Of a stretch of 64,000 bases of DNA, positions 33,422 to 43,595 are shown in pieces. This DNA is from an uncultured delta proteobacterium (lineage in GTDB: Bacteria > Myxococcota > UBA727 > VGSZ01). The translations under genes and the position numbers were made by a program. The stretch covers positions 352,001 through 416,000 of the forward strand of contig CAVZJB010000003.1 in NCBI GenBank assembly GCA_963775425.1, read 5' to 3'. The notes under the pieces are model-generated. The model was not told where the DNA came from, ran no database searches, and saw only the letters and a program-made list of their open reading frames with translations. The first letter of the stretch is position 1. Every line of letters begins with the position of its first letter.

Positions 33422-34755
33422 GTGCGGCATCGCTCCGTTGTCCTCGTCGTAGCTGCGGCGCTCGCCGGCGTCGCCGCCGGGAGCTGCGTGCTCGGCGTGG
33501 GCATCGGCGGCAAGCAGTGCGACGACGAGCACACCTGCGTCACCGGCTACTCCTGCGTCAACGCCGTGTGCATCGCCGCCGACGACCTGCGCGACGCGGG
33601 CGTGGGTGGCGGCGCGCGCGACGCCGACGCCGGCGAGGGCGAGCCCGGCGAAGGCGAAGGCGAAGGCGAAGGGGAAGGGGAAGGGGAAGGGGAAGGGGAC
33701 GCCGGCGTCGTCGTCGACGCGGGCCCCCCCTGTGTCCCTGCGCCCGACGGCATCGAGCGCTGCAACGGCGTCGACGACAACTGCACCGGCGGCGTCGACG
33801 AGGGCTGCGGCGGCTGCGTCGACGACGACGGCTTCCCGGGCGCGTTCGTCTCGGTCTGCGCGGGGCCGCTCGGCTTTCAATCGGCGCGCGCCGCGTGCCA
33901 GTTGCGCGGCCTCGACCTCGCCGTGTTGAAGGACGCGCGCTTCTCCGACCGTGTGCGCGACGACGTCGGCGGCGGCAACGCGTGGATCGGCGCCACCGAC
34001 GCCGCGCAGCCGGGGAGTTACAGGTGGGTCGACGGGAGCCCGCTGCGCTTCGAGGACTTCGCGCCGGGAGAGCCCAACGACCTGCAGGAAAACTGCCTCG
34101 CCGTCCGCGACGACGGCCTGTGGCACGACCTCGACTGCGCCGACGAGCTCGGCTTCGTGTGCGCGCGGGCGCCGGCGGACCCGCCGGGGGCATCGTGCGC
34201 CGGCGCCGTCACCGACGCCGACAACGACGGCGTCGACTGCCGCACCGACTGCGACGACGGCGACCCCGACGTTCACCCCGGCCACGTCGAGGTCTGCGGC
34301 GATCGAAAGGACAACGACTGCGACGGCGTCATCGACGAGGCCTGCGCCGCCTGCGGCGACGTCGACGGCGCGCTCTTCTGCCGGCGGCCGGGCACGTGGC
34401 AGCAGGCGCTCGACAAGTGCGAAGACCTCGGTCTGCAGCTCGCCAAGATCGAGGACCCGGCGCTCGAGACCGCGCTGGAGGAGAGGTTGAGAGCCGTCGA
34501 CGCGCGCGACCGTGTCTGGATCGGCCTCAACGACGCCGCCGTCGAGGGCACCTTCGTGTGGGCGGACGGCACCGCGCTCGACCCCGGCTTCGCGCCCTTC
34601 GAGCCCGGCGAGCCCACCGGCGGCACCGACCAGAACTGCGGAAGCATCCGCGATCGCGTTCCCGTCGGCGTCGAGGCGGCCCCGACGGCGACGGCACCTA
34701 CGGCTGGGGCGACGACTTCTGCGACAACGTCCGCGGCAACTACGCCTGCAACTAG
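33422..34755 (+). CDS. Secreted/lipoprotein with (GE)8, two C-type lectin domains and Cys/Asp-rich putative metal-binding repeats; 1-nt frameshift near 34675
   Basis: WIGATD..WVDG..FAPGEPN..ENC..W.D..C; E.C.G.DNDC.G.IDE repeats. The second lectin domain is completed in another frame (GWGDDFCDNVRGNYACN*). Confidence 0.8.
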
Positions 34756-34757
34756 CG

Positions 34758-36425
34758 CTACGGTTTCGACCCACGCGCGCCGTTGGCGGCGAGCGCGACG
34801 TCGTGAGACATCAATTCGCGGGGCGCACGGAAGAAGTGCACGGGGCTGTAGCGAAGGAAATTCGAGACCTTCGACGTATACGTGCAGGCGTAGAGCTCGA
34901 CCTGCGCGCCGAAGCGAGACAGCTCGTTGTTGCTCTTCAACAGCCGGCCCCACCAGACGTTGAAGTGCTTGTCGAGCGCGTCCTGGATGTCGTGGGCGTC
35001 CTTGTCGAGCGAGCGCAGGTGACGCTTGGCGACGTCGATCTCCTTGTGGAGCTTCTTCGTCGCCTCCTCGAGGCGCTCCTGCATCTCGTCGTCGATGCCG
35101 TACTCGTCGGGGTGCGCGGCCGCCGCCTCCATCTGCCCGAGGATGGCCCGGTGCTGGGAGATGCGGTCGTCGAGCGAGTGGCGGTCTTCGTCGAGCTCGG
35201 TGAGGTCGTCGATCATGCTGGCGCCGGTGATGGAGCCTTTGATCTCGTCGTCGAGCTCCTCGACCACGAGGCAGGTGCGCCAGCGGCTCTCCTTCCGAGA
35301 CCGCAGGATGTCGCCGAAGATGTGGTCGCCGACGTAGAGCACCTCTTCGCCGCCGGCCTGCGCCATGCGCTCGAACGCCTCGATGTTGCCGGCCTGATAG
35401 ACGTGGCCGCGCTCGAAGCGCTCGCCGGTGACCTCGCCGATGACCTGCTCCTCGCCCTCCACCGGGGCGATCTCGAGGAACGGCTCGCGGTCCGTGAAGA
35501 AGCGAGGCTTCTTGCCGCCGACGACGACCACGTCGAAGTACTGGCGCCAGCTCTGGTACTCCTTGAGCCGCCCGTCGAGCAGGAAGCTCATCACCGCCGC
35601 GGTGTAGGGCCAGTAGCTGTTGGTGAGGATGAACAGCCGCTTCCCCGACGAGCGCAGCTTGTGGAGCGTGAGCGCCAGGCCATCGTCGACGACGAAGTAC
35701 TTGGCCAGGTCGGCCATGATGATGTTCTTGAGCGTGCCGTCCCTGTGGATGTCGTCGATGGCGGTGCGGACGTCGTCGAAGAGCTTCCAGGTGTTGACGT
35801 TGCCGAGGAGCTGCTGCCCGCCGTCGGCCCCCGCGAGCTTTGCCGGCAGCGAGATGGGCGCCGTGGCCTTCCCGTCGCGGTGCCAGGTCTCGTAGAGGTC
35901 CACGAGGTTGGCGTACAGGCACGCCTCGGGCATCGAAAACAGCGTGTCGATGGAGGCGAACGCCGTCGACGACAGCCTGATCTTGGCGTTCTTGTAGTGC
36001 TCGCGGATCTCGTCGGGCAGCAGGCGGCGCCGGCCGTGGAAGACGCGGCCGACGCGCCCGTGGGTGTCCATCTTGATGAGGTGGCCGGTGCGCTTGTCGA
36101 GGATGAGGCCGCGGACGATGAAGGTGGGGTCGTACTTGAGCGTGCGCAGGGCCTCGGGGTAGCCGCCGCGTTGGATGAGCCGCTCGACGGTGAGGTCGTA
36201 CTGAAGCTGCTCCATCGGCTGCTTCTTGTAGATGGCCAGCGTGTAGTCCATGTCGAACCCGACCATCTTGATCTGCGAGAGATCGAGGTCGCGGTTGGTG
36301 TACACCGCCTCCGCCGGCGACAGCGTGAGCTCCCCCTCGGCCGCGATGGCCGCGAGGAGATCTTTGTCGATGGGCGAGAACGCGGGCGGCGGACGCAACA
36401 CGCGTGGAGCGTCGAGCAAGCTCAC
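34758..36425 (-). CDS. HAD-IG family 5'-nucleotidase
   Basis: GFDMDYTLAIY, LTNS, KKP.FF, YVGDHIFGDI, WRT. GTG overlaps the upstream stop. Confidence 0.93.
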   Translation of the reverse strand: MSLLDAPRVLRPPPAFSPIDKDLLAAIAAEGELTLSPAEAVYTNRDLDLSQIKMVGFDMDYTLAIYKKQPMEQLQYDLTVERLIQRGGYPEALRTLKYDPTFIVRGLILDKRTGHLIKMDTHGRVGRVFHGRRRLLPDEIREHYKNAKIRLSSTAFASIDTLFSMPEACLYANLVDLYETWHRDGKATAPISLPAKLAGADGGQQLLGNVNTWKLFDDVRTAIDDIHRDGTLKNIIMADLAKYFVVDDGLALTLHKLRSSGKRLFILTNSYWPYTAAVMSFLLDGRLKEYQSWRQYFDVVVVGGKKPRFFTDREPFLEIAPVEGEEQVIGEVTGERFERGHVYQAGNIEAFERMAQAGGEEVLYVGDHIFGDILRSRKESRWRTCLVVEELDDEIKGSITGASMIDDLTELDEDRHSLDDRISQHRAILGQMEAAAAHPDEYGIDDEMQERLEEATKKLHKEIDVAKRHLRSLDKDAHDIQDALDKHFNVWWGRLLKSNNELSRFGAQVELYACTYTSKVSNFLRYSPVHFFRAPRELMSHDVALAANGARGSKP

Positions 36426-36778
36426 TACCCCTGCCACCACCACGTGACGACGCTCGGGTTGATGATGAGCGCGAGGAGCGAGCCGGACAGGAGCACGAAG
36501 AACAGGTGCCAGAACATGAACACCAGCGTGCGCGCGGGATCGGTGCCGTGCACGACCTTGATCACCTGGTACCAGGCGGCGACGAACGCCATGAGCGCGA
36601 GCAGGTCACCGAGCGGCCCGAGGAACTGCGCGACCAGGCCGGTGAGCTGCAGCATCCCGAGCGTGAGGAGCCCGATGAGCGCGCCCTTGGCGAAGCCGCC
36701 GTTGAGCCCCATCAGCTTGCTGGCGATGGTGGGCGCGACGAGGAACGAGGCGAGCGAGAGCAGGACGGCGATGATCAT
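36425..36778 (-). CDS. Hypothetical integral membrane protein
   Basis: 117 aa, about 4 hydrophobic segments, operon-like overlaps. Confidence 0.75.
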   Translation of the reverse strand: MIIAVLLSLASFLVAPTIASKLMGLNGGFAKGALIGLLTLGMLQLTGLVAQFLGPLGDLLALMAFVAAWYQVIKVVHGTDPARTLVFMFWHLFFVLLSGSLLALIINPSVVTWWWQG

Positions 36779-37272
36779 GGTTCTGCCTTTCTAACATCTT
36801 CGAGGCCGTCGGGCATTGCGACCGGCGGGAGCGACCACGATGGCGCGCCCTCTTCGGACAGGGGGGTGAGCGCCCGTGTGTGGACGACGCCTTGCGTGGC
36901 AGAGCGGGACAAGACGGCCCAAAAGCGCCCCTGCTTCACCACACAGCGCACGCGACCGTCGTCGTCGATGTACAGCCGCTTGCCCTCGAGGTGCTCGCGG
37001 GTACCGTCGGACAAGACGAGGTCGTCGCCTGCGACGGTCCTGACGATGAAGGGCGCGTCCTCGGCGACGAACGGCAGCGTGTCCCGGCCGGTGGAAACGA
37101 GGAGCTGTCCTGCGTCGTCGCGAACGATGCTTCGATGCAGCAGTCCCTCGAGCCCGGCGTGCTTCACGCGATCACCGTCGTGGTACCAGGCGCCTCGCCG
37201 GCTCAGGAACAGACCCGCGGGCGCGTCCGTGCGCCGGGTCTCGATGCCGTCGTCGTCGAGGAGCGCGTCCAT
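36775..37272 (-). CDS. DUF1285-like protein
   Basis: G.WYHDG, EDAPF and R....A..SR pattern. Confidence 0.7.
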   Translation of the reverse strand: MDALLDDDGIETRRTDAPAGLFLSRRGAWYHDGDRVKHAGLEGLLHRSIVRDDAGQLLVSTGRDTLPFVAEDAPFIVRTVAGDDLVLSDGTREHLEGKRLYIDDDGRVRCVVKQGRFWAVLSRSATQGVVHTRALTPLSEEGAPSWSLPPVAMPDGLEDVRKAEP

Positions 37273-37280
37273 GCGGAACC

Positions 37281-37859
37281 CTAACGATGACGCTGCGCGT
37301 AGGTCCCGCGATCCAGGAACATGGCGTTCACGTCCCAAAAGCGGCCGTCGGCGAAGTGCCAGCCGTAGCGCCCGTCGTCGACGAAACCCAACGACCGATA
37401 GAGCTTGATGGCGGGGCGGTTGAATTCGAACACGCCGAGGCGCACGCGCTCGAGGCGCAGGGTCTCAAAGGCGGTGTCGAGCAGCTCCTCCATGGCCTGT
37501 GCGCCGACGCCCTTGCCGCGCGCGCTCTTTTCACCGAGCTCGATGAAGCACTCGGCCTCGAGCCGCTCGGGCGCGTAGTCCTTGAGACCCACGTTGCCGA
37601 CGTGCACACCGTCGACCTCGATGGCGTAGCTCTTGCGCCCGGGGTCGCGCACCAGGGTCTCGAGGTACGCGTCTGCCTCCTCGGGCGTGTAGGGCAAAAG
37701 CGGTCCGTACTCGGGGCCGGGCACGACGACGGTGAAGCGGATGACGGCGAGATCGGCCATCCAGCGGCGCACGTTGCGCGCGTCGCTCATGCGCAGCGGG
37801 CGCAGCGTCACCGTCGCGCGCCGCCGCTTCTCGGGGATGGTCTGCACCGTCACAAGCAC
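37281..37859 (-). CDS. GNAT (RimJ/RimL-like) N-acetyltransferase
   Basis: LRPL, ARGKGVG, V..FN.PAIKLYRSLGF. Confidence 0.88.
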   Translation of the reverse strand: MLVTVQTIPEKRRRATVTLRPLRMSDARNVRRWMADLAVIRFTVVVPGPEYGPLLPYTPEEADAYLETLVRDPGRKSYAIEVDGVHVGNVGLKDYAPERLEAECFIELGEKSARGKGVGAQAMEELLDTAFETLRLERVRLGVFEFNRPAIKLYRSLGFVDDGRYGWHFADGRFWDVNAMFLDRGTYAQRHR

Positions 37860-37985
37860 ATCCTAGCGCCGCCGCGGGATCCAAGCGTCGCTGTTCGATC
37901 AGCGACCGGAGGGAGCGGCGGCGCTTGATCGGCGTGGGGCGCGCGCGGATGGGCGCCGCCGGACACGACGCGAAGCGTCGTGTGC

Positions 37986-38657
<672 letters not shown>

Positions 38658-38736
38658 GCGTGTTCTCCGGTGGTGGGGTCCGACGACGCGAGCCCGCAAG
38701 TGTTCAACGGTGCGCGTGCGCCCGGTCACAGGGTTG

Positions 38737-39714
38737 TCAGGCACCGCGGAACCGGCGCGGGTGACGTCCGCGCGGCGCGGTGTCCTCGGAGGTCGCGTGC
38801 CGCCCGCGCGCCTTGGGCGGGCGCGCCGGCGGCGCGTGCTCATGGGTGCCGCGGCGCCCGCCGGGATCCAGCTCGAGGATCAGGCGGCCCCGGTCGAAGA
38901 TCCGCACCTTGCCCGACGACTGGCTGACGGCGATGGCGATGGCGTCGGTCTGCATGGTGACCGCGGCGGCGGCGACGTGGCGGGCGCCGAAGCCGAGGGG
39001 CATGTCCGCGGGCGCGGTCTCGACGCGGATGTGGCGGCCGGCGGCGAGGACGACGCCGTCCTCGCGCACGACGAAGGCGCCGTCGAGCATGGCGAAGGTG
39101 CGCACCGCCGAGCGCACCTCCTGATCGAAGAGGTTGCGCTCCTGTTCGGAGTAGCCCTGGAACGGGTTGAGCGTGAGCGGCGCCGACTGCTCGAGGACCT
39201 TGGTGGAGTCCCCGACGACGATGAGCGTCCCCACGGGCCGCCCCTCGTAGCCCTCGCGCCCGATGCGCAGCGCGAGCTCGACGAGCACCTCGAGGAGCGG
39301 CGCCGGCAGCCGCGTGTGCAACTGCGCCACCCGCATGCTCGAGTGCTCGAGCGTGACGTCGGCGGTGGTGAGGTGGGTGATCATGTCGAGCACGCCGTCG
39401 TGTCGCAGGACGCCGCAGGCGACGTGTTGCTCGGGCGTGAGCAGGCCGGCGTTCATCGCGGCGACGAGGGCGCTCTTCATGCGGTCCATGCGGGAGCCGC
39501 GGATGTCGGGCACGGCGACGGCGGCGAAGTCGGCCTCGAGCACCTCGGCGTGCACGCGCGCGTTGGTCACGGCGCACACGACCTTGGCGCGCGCGGGCCT
39601 CAGGCGCTTGAGGAGCGACGTCGGCACGTCGCCGACGACGAGGACCTTGTCACACGCGGACGCGCGTCCCGCCTTGACGAGCGCGTCGACAAAGGCGTCC
39701 GCGACGTCAGGCAC
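38737..39714 (-). CDS. Diadenylate cyclase (DisA_N/DAC domain, DacZ-like with N-terminal extension)
   Basis: EG.PVGTL.VVGD, NPF, LDGAF, GFGARHVAA, AVSQSSG.VR.F. Confidence 0.88.
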   Translation of the reverse strand: MPDVADAFVDALVKAGRASACDKVLVVGDVPTSLLKRLRPARAKVVCAVTNARVHAEVLEADFAAVAVPDIRGSRMDRMKSALVAAMNAGLLTPEQHVACGVLRHDGVLDMITHLTTADVTLEHSSMRVAQLHTRLPAPLLEVLVELALRIGREGYEGRPVGTLIVVGDSTKVLEQSAPLTLNPFQGYSEQERNLFDQEVRSAVRTFAMLDGAFVVREDGVVLAAGRHIRVETAPADMPLGFGARHVAAAAVTMQTDAIAIAVSQSSGKVRIFDRGRLILELDPGGRRGTHEHAPPARPPKARGRHATSEDTAPRGRHPRRFRGA

Positions 39715-40983
39715 TCACACGATCTCGACGCGGAGCATCTGGTTGCCGACGAGGAGGAAGTCACCGTGGGCGACGTCGGCCTCCTTGCGCACGCGGACGT
39801 AGGTGCCGTTCGAGGATCCGAGGTCCTGCACGACGACGTCGTCCCCCTGCTTGATGAACACGCAGTGGCGACCCGAGATGAAGCCGTCCGATGGGATGAC
39901 GATGTCGCCGACCTCGCGCCCGAGCTGGCAGCGCTCGCCGGACAGCAACCGGATCTCCCCTGTGCGGCCGTCGTCGAGGATCTGGATGATGCGCGCGAAG
40001 GCGCCGGGGTGCGGGGAGCCCCAGATGCGCGAGTCGTCGGCGTCGGGCTTCTTGATCTGGATGGCCGCCGACGTCAGGCGCTCGAAGCGGTAGAGCTGCC
40101 GCCCGACGCGAAGGAGCTCGCCGTCGGCGAGCTTGCGGTCGTCGCGCACGCGCAGATAGATGCCGTTGAGGCTCTCCTGGTCGAGGACCTTGAGCTTGCC
40201 GCCGGCGAAGTTGAACTTGCAGTGGGTGGGGGAGACGAACGGATCGTCGAAGAGCACGACGCCGTTGACGCGCCCGCACAGGGTCTCGCCCGAGCGGAGC
40301 GTGAAGGTCATGCCCTCCCGCCCGGTCTGGTCGATGGTGACGAGCTTGCAGGTCTTGTCCTTGCCCGCGGGCTCCTGCCCGGCGGCGTGCATGAACATGG
40401 TGCGCGCCGCCGCGTGGCCGGGGGCGTCGGGGCCGCCGCCGTCGAGGCGCTTGCCGCAGTTGCCGCAGAAGCGCACGCCGGGGGCGTTGTCGTGGCTGCA
40501 CGCCGGGCAGGTCTCGCCCTTGCCCGCGGCGGCCGCGGGCGGCGCGGGCGCGGGCGCCGGCGCGGGGAGCGGGGCGGCGAGCGGCGCGGCGGACATCGGC
40601 GGGATGGTCACCGGCGGCGGCGGCGCACTCAGCGGCGCCGGCGGCCTCGGCGCGGCGACGGCGGCGGGGGCGGCGAGGGGCGGCGGCGCCACCGGCTTGG
40701 GCGGCGGCGGCGCGGCGACGGGCGCGGGCGGCGGCGGGGCCGCGGCGGCGGGAGGGGCGGGCGGCGGCGCGGCGACGGCGAGGGGCGCGGGCGGCGGCGC
40801 GGCGACGGCGAGGGGCGCGGACGGGGCGGCCACCGGCTTCGGCGGCGGCGGCGCGGGGATCGGCATCGCCGGCAGCGACGCGCTGGTGAACGCCTCGCGG
40901 TACGCCTTGAGGTCGTAGCCGCAGTCCAGACAGAAGTTGAAGTTGTCGGCGTTCTCGCGGCCGCAGTTCGGGCACTTGATCAT
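39715..40983 (-). CDS. Zinc-ribbon plus tandem FHA domain protein
   Basis: CPNC..FCLDC and CPAC..FCGNC ribbons, Pro/Ala linker, two FHA domains (GR..S..H..SLNG; GRE..SGRH..SSNGT). Confidence 0.9.
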   Translation of the reverse strand: MIKCPNCGRENADNFNFCLDCGYDLKAYREAFTSASLPAMPIPAPPPPKPVAAPSAPLAVAAPPPAPLAVAAPPPAPPAAAAPPPPAPVAAPPPPKPVAPPPLAAPAAVAAPRPPAPLSAPPPPVTIPPMSAAPLAAPLPAPAPAPAPPAAAAGKGETCPACSHDNAPGVRFCGNCGKRLDGGGPDAPGHAAARTMFMHAAGQEPAGKDKTCKLVTIDQTGREGMTFTLRSGETLCGRVNGVVLFDDPFVSPTHCKFNFAGGKLKVLDQESLNGIYLRVRDDRKLADGELLRVGRQLYRFERLTSAAIQIKKPDADDSRIWGSPHPGAFARIIQILDDGRTGEIRLLSGERCQLGREVGDIVIPSDGFISGRHCVFIKQGDDVVVQDLGSSNGTYVRVRKEADVAHGDFLLVGNQMLRVEIV

Positions 40984-41098
40984 GACGCTTTCTCGTGCGG
41001 ATCGAGCCCTTCCGTCAACCCCGCGCTGCGCCCCTGCGGTCGATGTCTCTCGACGTGCCGGCTCGCCGGTCGGCGTGTGTCGTGCGACAATCGCGGTC

Positions 41099-41988
41099 GT
41101 GCTCACGGCCCTCCTCGCCGCCGCCACCGTGGCAGCGTCGCCGCCGTCTCCGCAGCCCCCCACGCAGGCGCCCGTCGAGACCGCGGCGACCGTCGCGGAG
41201 CGCATCGCGCGCGGGGCGACCGGAGGGAGCGGCCGCGCTGACTCGCGCCCTTGCTCGAGCGGTGCCGCGGCGGGGTATTTTGTGGGCGCTCCTCGTGGGA
41301 CACCGCACCGCCCCGCGGCGGGGACGGAGGACCCATCGATTTCGCTCGCCTGCTCCGGCGCCAACCCCCCTCCGCTTCCGCCGAAGCGGTGCGCGACCGG
41401 GAGCGCGCGGTGATGTGGGAGCGGCTGTTCGCGGAGCGCGAGCTGGTGTGGACCCCGCGCGTGCTCGTGACGCCCGCGGCCGCCGGCGCGGTGGAGGAGG
41501 AGCTTGCGCGCATCGACGCGGGGAAGGCGCACGGCCGGCGCGCGAGCGACCCGTCGCTGTTGAGCACCGAAGGCGACGAGCTGCTCGCCGACGCACGCGA
41601 CGCCCTCCTTCGGGGCGCGCTCCCCGCGGTCGACCTGCGTCCGAGCGCCGTCGGCTTCGGGCTGTTCGCTTTTGAGCCTCTGCCGGCGAGGCAGCTCATC
41701 GGCACCTATGCGGGGCTCCTCACTCCGATCCACGACGTCGCCGAGCAGGGCGCGTACGCGCACGAGGCGTGGCCCGACGCTCCCGTGGCCATCGACGCCG
41801 CCGTGGCCGGAAACCACACGCGATTCCTCAACCACGGCGCGAAGCCCAACATCGCGACCGTGCAGTGCATCATCGCGCGCTCCTGGCACGTCCTGTACGT
41901 CACGTCGCGGGCCATCGCCGCAGATGAGGAGCTGCTCGTCGACTACGGCAAGGAGTATTGGCGCCGGCGAAAACAAAAGACGCTGTGA
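41099..41988 (+). CDS. SET domain protein-lysine methyltransferase; probable 1-nt frameshift near 41242 separates an N-terminal signal-like segment (alternative starts 41251 or 41413)
   Basis: GFGLFA, YAG, RFLNH..PN, EELLVDYG..YW. No post-SET Cys. Confidence 0.75.
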
Positions 41989-42030
41989 ACAGACGCGCTC
42001 GCGGCGCTCTCCGCCGAGTCCGTGGCCCGT

Positions 42031-42070
42031 TCGACACCGCACCCGCTCGCGGCCCGCCTCAGCAGAGCCT
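42031..42070 (+). repeat. 40-bp direct repeat, copy 1
   Basis: tcgacaccgcacccgctcgcggcccgcctcagcagagcct; 38/40 identical to 43474-43513. Confidence 0.9.
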
Positions 42071-42198
42071 CGCCTTCGACGTCGCCTGAGCCCTCGCCGC
42101 CGCGTGGTCCCGGCGAGCCGCGTGCGGTCGCGGCCGGATCGGTTCGACCTGCGCACGAATTCGCATTCGAGAGCGGTCCGATCTGTTCGGCCGAGCGT

Positions 42199-43263
42199 TC
42201 AGGGGAACAGGCAGCCGTCCAAGCCGCTGCGGAGCTGCCCGCACGTCCCCCCGAGGGCGGCGCAGTCGACGTCCTTCTCGCTTCCGTTGGCGCAGATCGT
42301 GAGAACGTCGCCGGTGCACACGTCGGTGTGGCCGAAGTCGCAAGCTGTGGACGGGGCCTGGCAAGCGAAGAAGCCGCCGCCGCCGGCGCAGACGCGGCCG
42401 AACGCAGCGCAGTCGACGCGGACCTCGGTTGGCGCGGTGCAAGCGACGACGACGTTGCCGTCGCAGCTCGCACCGTCGGCGGCGCAGGTGCCGATCACCG
42501 GCGGCAAGCAGGTGGCGTTCACAGATCCGGCGAAGTTGAAGTCGGCGCAGGTGAGATCGCCGCAGCTCTGGTTGGCGACGACGCCGTTGTTGCACCGATC
42601 GATGCGCGTGCCGTCGGCGGAGCAGGCGAAGCTCGTGCCGGTGCAGGTGCCGACACACCCCTGTGCGTTGCTGCACGTCTCGCCGAGCGCTCCGCAGTCG
42701 CGCGCCTGCGCGAACCCGTCTGCCGTCCTGCACGGCAGGCGGAGGACGTCGCCGTCGCAGGTGAACGTCGTCGTATCGGCGGTGGGGCAGGCTGTAGCGA
42801 CTCCTGCGTCGGCGACGCACTGCCGGTAGTCCGTGCAGGTCGATGGCCCCGCGAGCGCGCAGTCGCGGAAGACGTCGAAGTGGGGGTTGTTGCCGACATT
42901 CGTGGTGAGCTCGAGCTCGTCCGTGATGTACGCCTCGAGGCACGAGCTGTTGTCGACGTTGGGGGCGATGCCGCCGTTGCCGGTCTCGGGATCAAAGCAG
43001 GCCTCCGCCCACAAACACGCGCCGATGGCATCGTCGAGCAACGGCGTCGCACCGTCGCCTTCGCCTTCACCTTCACCTTCACCTTCACCTTCACCTTCAC
43101 CTTCACCTTCACCTTCACCTTCACCTTCACCTTCACCTTCACCTTCACCTTCACCTTCACCTTCACCCTCACCCTCGCCGCTGGACGAAGGCGGACATGC
43201 GGAGAGCAGAAAGACAGACGACATCCCGAGGAGCAGCGAAAGCGTGATGATGGGTTTGCCCAT
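42199..43263 (-). CDS. (GE)20-repeat Cys-rich lipoprotein
   Basis: Lipobox LSAC, GE x20, repeated C.G....C......DC...G..C modules. Confidence 0.85.
   Translation of the reverse strand: MGKPIITLSLLLGMSSVFLLSACPPSSSGEGEGEGEGEGEGEGEGEGEGEGEGEGEGEGEGEGEGEGEGDGATPLLDDAIGACLWAEACFDPETGNGGIAPNVDNSSCLEAYITDELELTTNVGNNPHFDVFRDCALAGPSTCTDYRQCVADAGVATACPTADTTTFTCDGDVLRLPCRTADGFAQARDCGALGETCSNAQGCVGTCTGTSFACSADGTRIDRCNNGVVANQSCGDLTCADFNFAGSVNATCLPPVIGTCAADGASCDGNVVVACTAPTEVRVDCAAFGRVCAGGGGFFACQAPSTACDFGHTDVCTGDVLTICANGSEKDVDCAALGGTCGQLRSGLDGCLFP
43060..43179. repeat. Coding hexamer repeat (GE)20, including a perfect (ttcacc)17 at 43066-43167
   Basis: Read directly from the sequence. Confidence 0.95.
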
Positions 43264-43473
43264 GGCTTGGAACTGTACGACGGCGACGCGCCACCGACGC
43301 GCGAGCGCGCCCGCTGCGTTGAAATGAGTCAGGCGTCAGCGCCGCGATCGACGATGACGCGAAAAACGCCACGGCGTCATCGGCGTGAGCCCGTCACCGA
43401 TGAGCGGCGCTGTCATCAGATCCTACGCGGCGCTCGCGATGTCGCTCGACCGCGTCAGGCTGCCGTCGGTCGC

Positions 43474-43513
43474 TCGACACCGCACCGGCTCGCGGCCGGC
43501 CTCAGCAGAGCCT
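43474..43513 (+). repeat. 40-bp direct repeat, copy 2
   Basis: tcgacaccgcaccggctcgcggccggcctcagcagagcct. Confidence 0.9.
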
Positions 43514-43595
43514 ATCGGCCGCGCTGGACAAGACGACCGACATCGCGGATTCGTGCGCGCGCGTGCTCCGCTCCCGTTCGAGCGGCGCGGATAGC

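Noticed and set aside
37281-37859. GNAT as the MdnD-type acetyltransferase of the ATP-grasp cluster
   Set aside because: It is 18 kb away, in a different operon, and looks RimJ/RimL-like.
42031-43513. Integron attC sites or IS ends
   Set aside because: No RYYYAAC/GTTRRRY boxes or long attC palindrome, no terminal inverted repeats, and no integrase or transposase. Kept only as direct repeats.
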